DNA from: Dehalococcoidales bacterium | GTDB taxonomy: Bacteria > Chloroflexota > Dehalococcoidia > Dehalococcoidales > UBA2162 | Assembly: GCA_037440885.1 (NCBI GenBank) | Contig: JBBITI010000019.1 | Coordinates: 1 to 56,306, forward strand | Direction: 5' to 3' | Length of the DNA stretch: 56,306 bases | In this document: positions 19,935 through 29,785 of the stretch, in pieces | Layout of the letters: every line of letters begins with the position of its first letter | How positions within the stretch are numbered: position 1 is the first letter of the stretch | Notes under the pieces: model-generated | What the model was told of the DNA's origin: nothing | The model's input: the letters and a program-made list of their open reading frames with translations, nothing else | Database searches by the model: none | Translations under genes and position numbers: made by a program

Positions 19935-20699
19935 TTATTTATTCAACTGGTATATCAATTTTAACCCATAAAGCGTAATATCGCTATTGACGATATCGAT
20001 CAGTTTAGTTCCGCTGGCAATCAGTTCGGCATATCCGCCGGTTGCCACCACCAGTGCTCTCTCCGGTAGTTCGGCTTGCACTCTTTTAATCAAGCCCTCC
20101 ACCAGCCCGATGTAGCCAAATACGATGCCGGATTGCATCGCCGTAATCGTACTGGTACCGATCGCTTTTTCAGGAGCGATCAGTTCCACTCTGGGCAATG
20201 CGGCGGTGCGGGTATAGAGAGCCTGGGCAGCAATAGCGATACCGGGGGCAATCACTCCGCCGATAAAATCACCGTTACGGTCGACGATATCAAAAGTAGT
20301 GCCGGTTCCCATATCCACCACGATAACCGGTGGTTTATAGAGTCGACTCGCCGCCGCCGCATTGACGATACGGTCGGAACCGATTTCTCTCGGATTCGGA
20401 TATGTGATCCGCACCCCGGTTTTCACACCCACTCTTACTACAAGCGGACTCACCTTGAAATAGCGGTGCAATAATTCTTCCCATGTTCCGACCAGCGGCG
20501 GTACCACGGAACAGACAACAGCTTCAGTAATATCACTTATCTTGATATGCTGTTGCCCTAATAAGACCAGCAACATGGCGGCATATTCATCAGGCATCTC
20601 ATTGATATCGGTCGCCATGCGCCAGGTAGCGCGTAAATGCTCGCCCTCAAAATCTCCTAAAGTCACATTTGTATTCCCGATATCTATAGCTAAAAGCAT
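19935..20699 (-). CDS. coaX: Type III pantothenate kinase
   Basis: 254 aa. MLLAIDIGNTN, GSDRIVNA, and VVDMGTGTTFD motifs. Confidence 0.9.
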   Translation of the reverse strand: MLLAIDIGNTNVTLGDFEGEHLRATWRMATDINEMPDEYAAMLLVLLGQQHIKISDITEAVVCSVVPPLVGTWEELLHRYFKVSPLVVRVGVKTGVRITYPNPREIGSDRIVNAAAASRLYKPPVIVVDMGTGTTFDIVDRNGDFIGGVIAPGIAIAAQALYTRTAALPRVELIAPEKAIGTSTITAMQSGIVFGYIGLVEGLIKRVQAELPERALVVATGGYAELIASGTKLIDIVNSDITLYGLKLIYQLNK

Positions 20700-20719
20700 G
20701 GCTCCTCCTGATCCACCAG

Positions 20720-22282
20720 CTAACTTTTTAGTGCTTTGATCACACGCGGTAATAAAGGCAACAAATCACCAGCAACCATCCCGGCATCACCCAGTTCACT
20801 CACGGCTATGTCTCCGGCTTTACCGTGAACAAACACTCCAGACAGCGCAGCCTCGAATGATGGCATTCTCTGCGCTACAAGCCCGGTAATAACACCCGCC
20901 AAGACATCACCCGTCCCGGCGGAAGCCAGCGCCGGATTAGCAAATGGCGACACTGCCGTACGCCCGTCCGGTGCGGCAATCACTGTATAAGCGCCTTTCA
21001 GGACGACCGTTTTTTGCCACTCTACAGCCTTTTCTCTGGCAATGTTGATGCGATTATTCTGGACCTGTTCCACCGTCATTCCGGTTAACCGGGCCATCTC
21101 ACCCGGGTGCGGCGTAAGTATAGCATCAGCTTTCAGACGCTGCCACACAACGCCCTTTTTGCCGGCATCGGCTAGAATGCCGGCAAGTATATTGAGAGCA
21201 TCAGCATCGATAACAACCCGTAAGTTGGGACGACTCTGATCGAACAAGACAGATTCGATTAATTGAGCCGCTCCTTCACTGCGACCTATACCGGGGCCAA
21301 CCAGCAGAGCATCATAATTATCCAGTTCACTCTTTAGAATGAGTGGAGCCTCATGGCTTAACCCCCCTTTGCTTTCCGGTAACGGTAAAAATGTTGTTTC
21401 ATGCAACTTGGATGCGAGGATCGGATGTAGTTCTGACGGAATAGCCAGAGTCACCAGGCCAACCCCGACACGCATTGCTCCGCTGCAGGCCAGAAAGGCT
21501 GCTCCGGTATAATTTCTGGACCCGGCGAATATCATTGCCTTACCGAAGGTCCCCTTGTTAGCCGTCAAGGGCCGCTTCGGGAGATTAACTTTCACCTTTT
21601 CCGGCGTGATCAATTCGATGTCACTATCGGCTGTTTCAGGATTGACGCCGATATCCACTACCTTGATCCGGCCGGTATACTCTGCTCCCGGCATGAGGAA
21701 TAATCCGACCTTCGGAAAACCCAGGGTGATCGTTTCATCTGCTTGCAGGCAGTTAGCGTCAATTTGCCCGGTGTCGGCATTCATTCCCGACGGGATATCC
21801 AGGGCAAATATTTTCTTTGCCAGACGGCTATTTTTAACTATTCTTACGGTATCGATAATCTCGGAGAGCCGTCCGGATATCGGACGGTTCTTACCGATCC
21901 CCAGTAGTGCGTCTAACACCACGTCCGCTGAGATTAATTCGCGTTCTAATTGATCGAGTGCTGTAACACCGACATGGATAATCTCCAGTCCATGTTCCTG
22001 AGCCATGATCAAGTTCTTGTCGTTAACCGGTCTATCCCCGTAGGTAAATATCTTCACCCCAAAGCCATAAGTACGCAGGTAACGTCCGGCCACCAGGCCA
22101 TCGCCCCCGTTGTTTCCCGGCCCTGCCAGGACAACTACAGATGACTTCCGGCCGGAGACGCTGTCACGGATCGCTTCGGCTGCTGCCCGGCCAGCATTTT
22201 CCATTAATACTTCGGTTGGTATACCGGCAGCAGCACAGCGTTGTTCTGCCTGTCTCATCTGCGCAACAGTCAAGATCTTCAT
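20720..22282 (-). CDS. nnr: Bifunctional NAD(P)H-hydrate repair enzyme (epimerase + ADP-dependent dehydratase)
   Basis: 520 aa. N-terminal YjeF_N domain (VVLAGPGNNGGDGLV) and C-terminal carbohydrate-kinase domain (GTGDVLAGVITGL). Confidence 0.9.
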   Translation of the reverse strand: MKILTVAQMRQAEQRCAAAGIPTEVLMENAGRAAAEAIRDSVSGRKSSVVVLAGPGNNGGDGLVAGRYLRTYGFGVKIFTYGDRPVNDKNLIMAQEHGLEIIHVGVTALDQLERELISADVVLDALLGIGKNRPISGRLSEIIDTVRIVKNSRLAKKIFALDIPSGMNADTGQIDANCLQADETITLGFPKVGLFLMPGAEYTGRIKVVDIGVNPETADSDIELITPEKVKVNLPKRPLTANKGTFGKAMIFAGSRNYTGAAFLACSGAMRVGVGLVTLAIPSELHPILASKLHETTFLPLPESKGGLSHEAPLILKSELDNYDALLVGPGIGRSEGAAQLIESVLFDQSRPNLRVVIDADALNILAGILADAGKKGVVWQRLKADAILTPHPGEMARLTGMTVEQVQNNRINIAREKAVEWQKTVVLKGAYTVIAAPDGRTAVSPFANPALASAGTGDVLAGVITGLVAQRMPSFEAALSGVFVHGKAGDIAVSELGDAGMVAGDLLPLLPRVIKALKS

Positions 22283-22403
22283 AACTTATCAACAGCAAAA
22301 AACATACAAGTATTTTACATTATGTTCATGCCGGTTTCGATACCTGTGTTTGAGTCTAACAGTCTGTCAACGGGAGGTCAATAGCGAAGGTCATTATTGT
22401 GTC

Positions 22404-22868
22404 TCAAGACTGAAAAATACTGAGTTGTTTCGACATCGCATCCCAGTGAGTACCACGCCAGTAGATACGGCGGCATGAAGGACAGCGCATAAACACGGTC
22501 TGGGTCCGGTACACATAAGACGGAACCTGTTCTCGAACTTCCTCTTTGTTAATACTCTCCAGTTTCTGATTGCACACCGGACAAATTGAAAAAGCGTTAG
22601 TATTTGGATCAAGGTGAAATTGTTTTATCACCTGGGAAATTTGCTCTACGATATTGTCATTCAGAATCAACATCGCTTTTATGTTCCCGTTGCGGATTAC
22701 TCCCCATTGCATCAAACGGGTATCCCGTGTAAGAATAACCCGTTCTTCATGTAATGCCTGCAAAATGATTGCCGCATCTTCTTTTCCCCGGAAAAAGACC
22801 GCATCAAACCCTGAAATACGCAGCCACTTCGCCAATTTACCGACGTTAGTATCAACGATAAATTTCAT
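22404..22868 (-). CDS. Mut7-C RNase domain (DUF82) protein: PIN-like domain + zinc ribbon
   Basis: 154 aa. KFIVDTNVGKLAKWLRISGFD N-terminus, plus CPVCN...CPSCRRIYWRGTHW at the C-terminus. Both are typical of Mut7-C/DUF82. Confidence 0.75.
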   Translation of the reverse strand: MKFIVDTNVGKLAKWLRISGFDAVFFRGKEDAAIILQALHEERVILTRDTRLMQWGVIRNGNIKAMLILNDNIVEQISQVIKQFHLDPNTNAFSICPVCNQKLESINKEEVREQVPSYVYRTQTVFMRCPSCRRIYWRGTHWDAMSKQLSIFQS

Positions 22869-22944
22869 AAACAGAAATTATAATTCCAGTATTAAAGTGA
22901 CTTCTCTGTGTATCTCTTTTGCCTTCTCGGGGCTGACATGGAAT

Positions 22945-23613
22945 TCAACTTGTTCTTATAGAAAATGGATTGAAACTTAATTTACGGTCATAGGTATCGA
23001 TCGATTCCGTTCTCTTCAACCAGCCAACCACCACATAAGTCAATGGAGTCGCTACGACCTCGATAGCCACTTTTACGATCCAGTGGTACAGGATAAACAC
23101 CGGCATGAAGGAAGATGTCCCGGCGAAAGCAATGGTAATGAATATCGCGGTATCCAGGCCTTCACCAACAATCGTCGAACTTATCGTCCGCGACCATAAC
23201 CATCTGCCCCGGGTTAATATCTTGAGCCGGGATAAGATAAAAGAATTGGTAAACGAACCCAACAGATAACCGGTAAAGGAAGCAACCAACAAACGGGGAG
23301 TGTAACCCAGAATGGTCTCGTAAGCCGTCTGATTTTGCCAGAACTCAGCGGACGGCATAATTTGCCCGATCCAGACAAAAAACACAAAAAGCAGATTGCA
23401 CACGAAACCCAGCCAGATCACCCGCCGTGCCACTGCATAACCGTATACCTCGGTGAGAATATCGCCAAAGATATATGACAATGGGAAAATAACTATTGCA
23501 GCGGGGAGCGATACAAATCCGAAGCTGACAAACTTGACGGCGATCAGGTTAGCGGTAATCAGGCAGGTAACGAAGAAAGCGCTGAAGATTAGCAGCCTTT
23601 GGGAAACTTTCAT
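22945..23613 (-). CDS. yhhQ: Queuosine-precursor transporter (YhhQ/VUT family)
   Basis: 222 aa, polytopic. FPLSYIFGDILTEVYGY motif. The ATG begins 1 nt after the corA stop. Confidence 0.8.
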   Translation of the reverse strand: MKVSQRLLIFSAFFVTCLITANLIAVKFVSFGFVSLPAAIVIFPLSYIFGDILTEVYGYAVARRVIWLGFVCNLLFVFFVWIGQIMPSAEFWQNQTAYETILGYTPRLLVASFTGYLLGSFTNSFILSRLKILTRGRWLWSRTISSTIVGEGLDTAIFITIAFAGTSSFMPVFILYHWIVKVAIEVVATPLTYVVVGWLKRTESIDTYDRKLSFNPFSIRTS

Positions 23614-23614
23614 C

Positions 23615-24577
23615 CTATATCCAGCGTTTCCGTCGGAATAAAAAGATCATGCCAATACCTATGAGAGACATGATCAGTATTAAAATAGCAAAGGTAATAT
23701 AACTATCCGTGCGGTCGTTCCCGCCGGGAAGGATGACGTTCATCCCATAAATACTTGATACGATCAGGAACGGCAACAAGATAGTCGAAAGGATCGTCAG
23801 CACTCTCATTACGCGGTTCATCCGATCGGTACCCAGGATATAATCCGTATCTTTATAGACTTCAATAATCTCTTTGGCTTCATCGAGGGTATCGCAAATC
23901 TTGTTGGCGTGGTCCATCAGGTCGCCATAATAAACGCTGATATCAATTTTAATGAACCGTTTCAGCTTCGGTTCGAGTTCAACGATTACGTTTCGTGATG
24001 GAAACATAATGCGCCGCTGCGTAATGACATCTCGCCTGAGACTGGCCAGTTCCTGGGCTATTTCGGCATTTTCATCGAACGCCCGGTCTTCAACTTCTTC
24101 CGCCCAACTGAGTATTTTGTCTAAAATCGGGAAGTAGGCATCGACTGCCCGGTCCAGTATCCGATAGACAAGAAACCCGGAGCCGTGACTGAAACTCTCT
24201 TTTCTGGCTTCCTCATCAATCTGGCATTCCCGGAAAAACTTGACCAGCGTTTTCAATGCCCCGCTGTGCACGGTGACGAGATAATTATCTCCCACGAAAA
24301 CCGCCACCTGGTCGTGAGTGCTAACCCGGGTTTCCCGGTTAAATACCGAAAAATGAAAGATAAAAAACAGGTAGTCTTGATATACATCAATTTTCGGTCT
24401 TTGTTTGCGGCTGAGACAATCGTCCAGATCCAGGGGATGGAATGGGAAATGCTTCCCCAGATATTCCATTTCGCGATTGGTTGGCTTAATGATATTGGTC
24501 CAAACCAGATCACCCCAGGCAACCGTCTCGATATTCAGTTGTTCCGGTTGTATTTCCGGTTTAGAGGTAATTGCCAT
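23615..24577 (-). CDS. corA: Magnesium/cobalt transporter CorA
   Basis: 320 aa. Cytoplasmic funnel domain, two C-terminal TM helices, and the YGMN signature (SIYGMNV). Confidence 0.92.
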   Translation of the reverse strand: MAITSKPEIQPEQLNIETVAWGDLVWTNIIKPTNREMEYLGKHFPFHPLDLDDCLSRKQRPKIDVYQDYLFFIFHFSVFNRETRVSTHDQVAVFVGDNYLVTVHSGALKTLVKFFRECQIDEEARKESFSHGSGFLVYRILDRAVDAYFPILDKILSWAEEVEDRAFDENAEIAQELASLRRDVITQRRIMFPSRNVIVELEPKLKRFIKIDISVYYGDLMDHANKICDTLDEAKEIIEVYKDTDYILGTDRMNRVMRVLTILSTILLPFLIVSSIYGMNVILPGGNDRTDSYITFAILILIMSLIGIGMIFLFRRKRWI

Positions 24578-24767
24578 TTCAGTCCCCTTTCACACACTGT
24601 ACTTACAAACCCTAAAGTGGACTTTATACATTGTAACATAGAGAGTAAATATCTCAACAATAAAAAGCGATTCTCCTGTAACCTCCGGTCAATGTCACAT
24701 AAAGTAAAAAGTGTTATGATATATTCAAGGCAAGGCATGTTATTGTCCTGTAAATACAGGAGGGAAA

Positions 24768-25952
24768 ATGAGAAAAGTCTATCTGGATAATGCTTCGACA
24801 AATCCCGTCCTTCCGGAAGTCCGTGAAATTATGCTTCCCTACCTCGACAAGCTGTACGGTAATCCGTCCTGTATGCACGATTGGGGCGATGCCGCTCGTG
24901 ACGGAATCGAATCATCCCGGGAGAAAGTCGCCAGTCTTATCGGGGCGAATAGTGAAGATATTATTTTCACGTCAAGCGGGACAGAAAGCAACAATCTCGC
25001 TGTGAAAGGACTTGCCCTGGCCCAACAAGGGAAAGGAAAACACATCATCATTTCTGCTATCGAGCATTTTTCTGTTTTAAACTCAGCCAAGACACTGGAA
25101 AAACAGGGATTTGAAGTAACAGTCATCCCGGTCGATAAAAAAGGAGTAGTCGATCCGGATAATATACAAAAAAACATCAAAAAAGAGACTATACTGGTTT
25201 CGATTATTCACGCCAGTTCCGAAGTCGGGACAATCCAGCCAATCAAGGAAATAGGAAAAATCACCCGAGGAAAAAACATTATTTTCCACACGGACAGCGT
25301 TGCCGCAACGGGAAATATCCCGGTAGATGTCAGAGAGCTCGGTGTTGATGCGCTAAGTATGGCGGCTAACCAGTTTTACGGGCCTAAAGGTGCCGCTGCT
25401 CTCTGGGTTCGCAAAGGAGTACGCATTATTCCGCTAATGGATGGTGGTATCCAGGAAGGCGGACGCCGCCCGGGCACAGAGAATGTACCCGCTATTGTCG
25501 GGATGGGGAAGGCAGCCGAATCCGTGAGTACCGGCCTCGAAAAGCGTATAGCCCGATTGGAGCAGATGAGGAATCGGTTGTTAAAAGAGATACCGACCAG
25601 GATAGAACGGGTCATTGTCACCGGACATCCGGTTAACCGGTTACCCGGGCATGCCAGTTTTTGTGTCGAGTTTATCGAAGGCGAAGCGATGATCATGTTA
25701 CTCAGCAGCCAGGGAATCGCTGTAACCTCCGGGTCTGCCTGCACCTCTCGTGCTTTGAAAGCTTCGCACGTCCTGATTGCCATGGGCCTTACACATGCGG
25801 TTGCCCAAGGTTCGCTGCTGATGAGCCTGGGAACCGACAATACGGATGAGGATGTCGATTATGTTATCGCTACTCTCCCGCCGATTGTCGATCGATTACG
25901 TCAGATGTCTCCACTTTATGCCAAATATCTCAAAAAGACCAAAGGAGTATAA
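24768..25952 (+). CDS. Class V aminotransferase-fold IscS/NifS homologue lacking the PLP-binding lysine
   Basis: 394 aa. VYLDNASTNP, FTSSGTESNN, AIEHFSV, HTDSVAATG, and the catalytic loop SGSACTS are present. The SGHK(F/I)YGPKG motif reads MAANQFYGPKG, with Q202 (25371..25373) in place of the lysine. Confidence 0.9.
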   Translation: MRKVYLDNASTNPVLPEVREIMLPYLDKLYGNPSCMHDWGDAARDGIESSREKVASLIGANSEDIIFTSSGTESNNLAVKGLALAQQGKGKHIIISAIEHFSVLNSAKTLEKQGFEVTVIPVDKKGVVDPDNIQKNIKKETILVSIIHASSEVGTIQPIKEIGKITRGKNIIFHTDSVAATGNIPVDVRELGVDALSMAANQFYGPKGAAALWVRKGVRIIPLMDGGIQEGGRRPGTENVPAIVGMGKAAESVSTGLEKRIARLEQMRNRLLKEIPTRIERVIVTGHPVNRLPGHASFCVEFIEGEAMIMLLSSQGIAVTSGSACTSRALKASHVLIAMGLTHAVAQGSLLMSLGTDNTDEDVDYVIATLPPIVDRLRQMSPLYAKYLKKTKGV

Positions 25953-25954
25953 AG

Positions 25955-26341
25955 ATGCCTGTCTATAGTGACAAAGTAATGGACCATTTCATGCACCCCC
26001 GAAACGTCGGAGAAATTGAAAATGCTGACGGAGTCGGGGAAGTCGGTAATCCCGTTTGTGGAGATATGATGACTTTCTATATCAAGGTAAAAAATAACCG
26101 GCTTGATGATATCAAATTCAAGACGTTCGGCTGCGGTGCCGCTATCGCAGTTTCCAGCATGGTGAGCGAGATGGCCCTAGGAAAGACAATTGAAGAAGCT
26201 CTGAAAATTACTCCTCAGAGTGTAGCTGACGAACTGGAAGGTTTGCCTAAACAAAAATTCCACTGTTCCAATCTGGGAGCACAGGCTTTGCACAAAGCGA
26301 TCGATGATTACAAGAAGAAACTACAGGAAAAAAGGCAATAG
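25955..26341 (+). CDS. iscU: Fe-S cluster scaffold IscU/NifU-like
   Basis: 128 aa. NPVCGD, FKTFGCGAAIA, and HCSNLG, which are the three cluster-ligand cysteines. Starts 3 nt after the iscS-like stop. Confidence 0.92.
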   Translation: MPVYSDKVMDHFMHPRNVGEIENADGVGEVGNPVCGDMMTFYIKVKNNRLDDIKFKTFGCGAAIAVSSMVSEMALGKTIEEALKITPQSVADELEGLPKQKFHCSNLGAQALHKAIDDYKKKLQEKRQ

Positions 26342-26362
26342 GGAAGGGAGGATTGGTTAAAA

Positions 26363-26563
26363 ATGACTGAGAAAAAAGAGAATAATAATATTACGAAGAA
26401 AGCACCCCACTGCCCTTATTGCGATGAGGAAGTACAACAGGCCAAACTTCCCTGGTGTAAGGGTTGCGGAGTAAATTTAGTCTATTGTCCTCACTGCAGT
26501 AAGCTGTTTCCCAGTGAAGCAACTTCCTGCCCGCACTGCGGCAGCAAAAAACCGGTGAATTAG
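26363..26563 (+). CDS. Double zinc-ribbon protein
   Basis: 66 aa with four CxxC pairs (CPYC, CKGC, CPHC, CPHC). RBS GGGAGG upstream. Confidence 0.55.
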   Translation: MTEKKENNNITKKAPHCPYCDEEVQQAKLPWCKGCGVNLVYCPHCSKLFPSEATSCPHCGSKKPVN

Positions 26564-26637
26564 CACCTGCATCAACACCGACCATGAGAACTATCGCGCG
26601 TTATACATTACAGGTATGGAGCCAGAGAGGGTAGTAG

Positions 26638-26871
26638 ATGAAATCCGATGATACCATCGATTGTGTCGGTCTGTATTGCCCGATGCCTATCGCCAAGACC
26701 GCTTCTAAAATAAAACAACTGAAAGTCGGTGCGGTTCTGGAAGTAATAGCCGATGACAAAGGTATTAAAATGGATATGCCGGCGTGGTGTAAAACAACTG
26801 GGCATGAATTTCTCGGGATGGAAGAAAAGGGAACCGAGATCCATCTCTACGTTCGGAAGAAACATGACTGA
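26638..26871 (+). CDS. TusA/SirA-like sulfurtransferase
   Basis: 77 aa. DCVGLYCPMPIAKT (CPxP active-site motif) and a typical TusA length. Confidence 0.8.
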   Translation: MKSDDTIDCVGLYCPMPIAKTASKIKQLKVGAVLEVIADDKGIKMDMPAWCKTTGHEFLGMEEKGTEIHLYVRKKHD

Positions 26872-26897
26872 TCGCCAGGAACGGGACTGGTTTGATA

Positions 26898-27458
26898 CTA
26901 TTTCGCTGCTGGTGTCGCATAAGGCGGCTCTTTGACAATTTTGGCCAGGACATCGTACCAGGTATGATCCACCGTAGCTACTGCAGTTGATCCTGGAGCC
27001 TGAACGTAATAATTTCCGCCGTTGGGTGTGACATCACCAACCGAGATTTGCATCGTCTCCCCATCAGTCAATATCAACTGAATCAACATCTTGGGCTGGG
27101 TAAGACCGTATTCAGCCAGTTTCTCCTCGGTAGTCGATTGACTTATTACCCGGTCCGCCCCCGGCCCACTCAGCAATAACGGGATGCCACCACCCCATCT
27201 CTTGACATCCACCGGCGACTTGTTTTCGTCATCAAAGAACCAGGGAAACTTATCTTCCATTTTTATCCGGATAAAAGAACAGCTCAAACTCTCACGCGGC
27301 AAACTGATCGTTATCCTGTCAATGTCTTCCTGTTCGATAAGCCAGACATACTCTTTCGGAATCTTTGGAGCCGGCGGTCCGGGACGTGAAACAGCGTAAT
27401 ATACGCCACCCAGCATGGCTAACAACAGAAAGAGAATAATAATATTTCTTGTTTTCAA
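26898..27458 (-). CDS. DUF4340-like membrane-anchored protein
   Basis: 186 aa. N-terminal TM anchor (TTG start). Sits immediately downstream of a GldG-like gene, which is the usual DUF4340 context. Assigned from context and recall. Confidence 0.5.
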   Translation of the reverse strand: MKTRNIIILFLLLAMLGGVYYAVSRPGPPAPKIPKEYVWLIEQEDIDRITISLPRESLSCSFIRIKMEDKFPWFFDDENKSPVDVKRWGGGIPLLLSGPGADRVISQSTTEEKLAEYGLTQPKMLIQLILTDGETMQISVGDVTPNGGNYYVQAPGSTAVATVDHTWYDVLAKIVKEPPYATPAAK

Positions 27459-27476
27459 ACTTGTCTTCCCAGTATT

Positions 27477-29069
27477 TTAACTTCTGCGGTACCACCAAAC
27501 AATTCCGCCAACAAATAACACGACGATCGGCGGGATAAGCAAACTGGAATAGGTAATGAAGTTAGCTTGATCGCGGTTGACCGCCAACCGGCGGAACGGC
27601 TGAGCAGCCCGGCGGATTGTTATCAGCTTGGTCTCTTCCGCTAACCAGTTGATTGAGTTAAGCATCAGGTCACCGTTATTGACCTGATTAAAATGCTCAT
27701 TGGCCGCAAAATCAGAATCACCAATCACAATTAACCGGGTCAATTTCTGCTGGTTTTCCGTCATTTGCGCTGCCACTACATAACCGATAACCACCGGACC
27801 GGCCACATCGACATCCGCAGTATAAAGCGGTGACTCACCTGCCCGATATTCTTTTTCCAACCAGCTAACAGAACTGGTGTAGACCAACGGCATCATCAGG
27901 AATTCGGTATCCTGTTGCGGTTTGACCGCAACCGTTCCCGGGAAATAGGAGATAAGGGGAACGCCAAGCGTCAGGGTAAAATAATTACGGCTGGATGGAA
28001 CCAGGGGCATGTCATCCCGTGGGGCAACGGTGGATAGTACATCGATAACTGTACCATCGAGCAGATCAATCCCCCAGCGAGTCACGATTTGATTAAGGTT
28101 CTCCGGATAGTTGGGATCGGCAAGTATCAGCGCCTGCCCCCCTCGATACAGGTAATCATTAATGGCGTTTATCTCCGCTTCAGTCAGCGGGCTTTTTGGT
28201 GAAGCAATCACAAGAACAGCAGTATCATCCGGAATGTTGGGGAAGGTCATTAGATCGATTGTCCCCACGATGTAAGCGTTATCCCGCAATCCTTTTAGAA
28301 CCCGGCTGTAATTTGCTTCCAGATTAGCTTCGCCGTGGCCGATGAGAAAATAAATCCTTTTTTGGGCAACACCGGTGACTTCCAGGATCGCACTGGTAAA
28401 GGAATGCTCCCCCTCCATGCCGATAACATTCCCGCTATCGTCTCTGGTCAGGATACTGGCCTGTGATACTAAACGCCGCTTGTCACCGCTTTCAAATACC
28501 ACTGCCTGGTATTGGGTCTCAACACTGATACCGTACTTCCGGGCCCGCTCCGGATGTTCATCCGGATCAATAAATTCTATATTCAGAAAATTAGTATATT
28601 GCCGGTATTGCGCCAACAAATAAGAGGCGTAAGTAGTAGTGCCGACCGTATCCTTGGACGGAACGAAGAAACAATAGGCCGTAACCTTCTGATTCAATTC
28701 TTTAAGGATGCTTTTGGTTCGTTCGGTCAATGTAAATTGAAGTAGACCGGTAGCGTCAACACGGGAATAAAAATTAACACTGATTCCATTGATAATTATA
28801 GTAATACCCAAAAAAATGGAGGCCATCAGGGTAGTACCTGCACTGAAACGACCCCGCCGCCCCGTCAACGCCCGGCTTACTTTTCGAAAATCCAATACCA
28901 GCGCGGAGATAATCAAAATAACACCCAGCAGCATGATGCCCCATGATGCCAGTTTGATCTCCGGCAGTAGTAACATCACTATCAAGCCGACGAGGAGTAC
29001 CACCACACCAAGGATTGAGAGAATCGCGGTATTTGATCGAGACTCCTGTTTACGCTGCATTAGTTCCAC
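27477..29069 (-). CDS. GldG-like ABC-transporter auxiliary protein
   Basis: 530 aa. TM segments at both ends with a large extracytoplasmic domain. Overlaps the upstream permease gene by 10 nt. Confidence 0.7.
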   Translation of the reverse strand: MELMQRKQESRSNTAILSILGVVVLLVGLIVMLLLPEIKLASWGIMLLGVILIISALVLDFRKVSRALTGRRGRFSAGTTLMASIFLGITIIINGISVNFYSRVDATGLLQFTLTERTKSILKELNQKVTAYCFFVPSKDTVGTTTYASYLLAQYRQYTNFLNIEFIDPDEHPERARKYGISVETQYQAVVFESGDKRRLVSQASILTRDDSGNVIGMEGEHSFTSAILEVTGVAQKRIYFLIGHGEANLEANYSRVLKGLRDNAYIVGTIDLMTFPNIPDDTAVLVIASPKSPLTEAEINAINDYLYRGGQALILADPNYPENLNQIVTRWGIDLLDGTVIDVLSTVAPRDDMPLVPSSRNYFTLTLGVPLISYFPGTVAVKPQQDTEFLMMPLVYTSSVSWLEKEYRAGESPLYTADVDVAGPVVIGYVVAAQMTENQQKLTRLIVIGDSDFAANEHFNQVNNGDLMLNSINWLAEETKLITIRRAAQPFRRLAVNRDQANFITYSSLLIPPIVVLFVGGIVWWYRRS

Positions 29070-29785
29070 CTGCTGTTTTCAAGAGATCGTATCGCGAGAA
29101 ACAAAAATAGAGCGGTTATACTGATGAAGTAAACGATACCCCTGGTATCGATTATTCCGGTAACGAAGTCCGGCACGTAATTGGCCGGGGAGAAATATCC
29201 GACGGCTTTAGCGAAGTTCGCGGGCAACAGTACGGCGACCGAATTAAGGAACCAGAAACCGAGCAGAATCGCTCCACCGACAACCGCAGATACCAACTGG
29301 TTCGAAGTCAGTGAAGAAGCGAACAACCCTATCGCCAGAGCCATGCAACCAAGTAAAATTATCCCCAGGTAACCGGTAAAGATCGGCCCGATATCGGGAT
29401 CTCCATACAGCACCAGTAAGACCGGGTAGTAAACCGTAAAGGCAATCATCGTCAGCATCATACCAACACTGCCCAGGAACTTCCCGATTATAAGCTCACT
29501 ATCACGCACCGGAGCAGTCATTAACAATTCAATTGTGCCGAGCTTTTTTTCTTCAGAAATGAGACGCATTGTCATCAACGTTAGCAACAGCATGACAATA
29601 ATCACGTAAAAAGTATTACCTAACACGCCGCGCATGCTGGTTTCTTTGAATGCGGTTGTAAGGCCTTGTGGTAGTGCAAAAAAGAATCCGGTCCCCAGCA
29701 GGAAGGCTGCCGTGATGATATAAGCCATCGGCGAAGTCAAATAGCTTTTGAATTCTTTTGCGCTGATTGCCAGGATATTATTCAT
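29060..29785 (-). CDS. ABC-2 type permease (GldF-like)
   Basis: 241 aa, 6 TM segments. Overlaps the upstream ATPase gene by 8 nt. Confidence 0.75.
   Translation of the reverse strand: MNNILAISAKEFKSYLTSPMAYIITAAFLLGTGFFFALPQGLTTAFKETSMRGVLGNTFYVIIVMLLLTLMTMRLISEEKKLGTIELLMTAPVRDSELIIGKFLGSVGMMLTMIAFTVYYPVLLVLYGDPDIGPIFTGYLGIILLGCMALAIGLFASSLTSNQLVSAVVGGAILLGFWFLNSVAVLLPANFAKAVGYFSPANYVPDFVTGIIDTRGIVYFISITALFLFLAIRSLENSRWN

Noticed and set aside
24578-24767. Looked for a preQ1 or M-box riboswitch in the corA/yhhQ leader and for regulatory RNA in the divergent corA / iscS-like spacer.
   Set aside because: Only promoter-like elements were seen (TTGAGA-16-TACAAT on the minus strand), leaving a leader of about 45 nt. 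That is too short, and no consensus motifs are visible.
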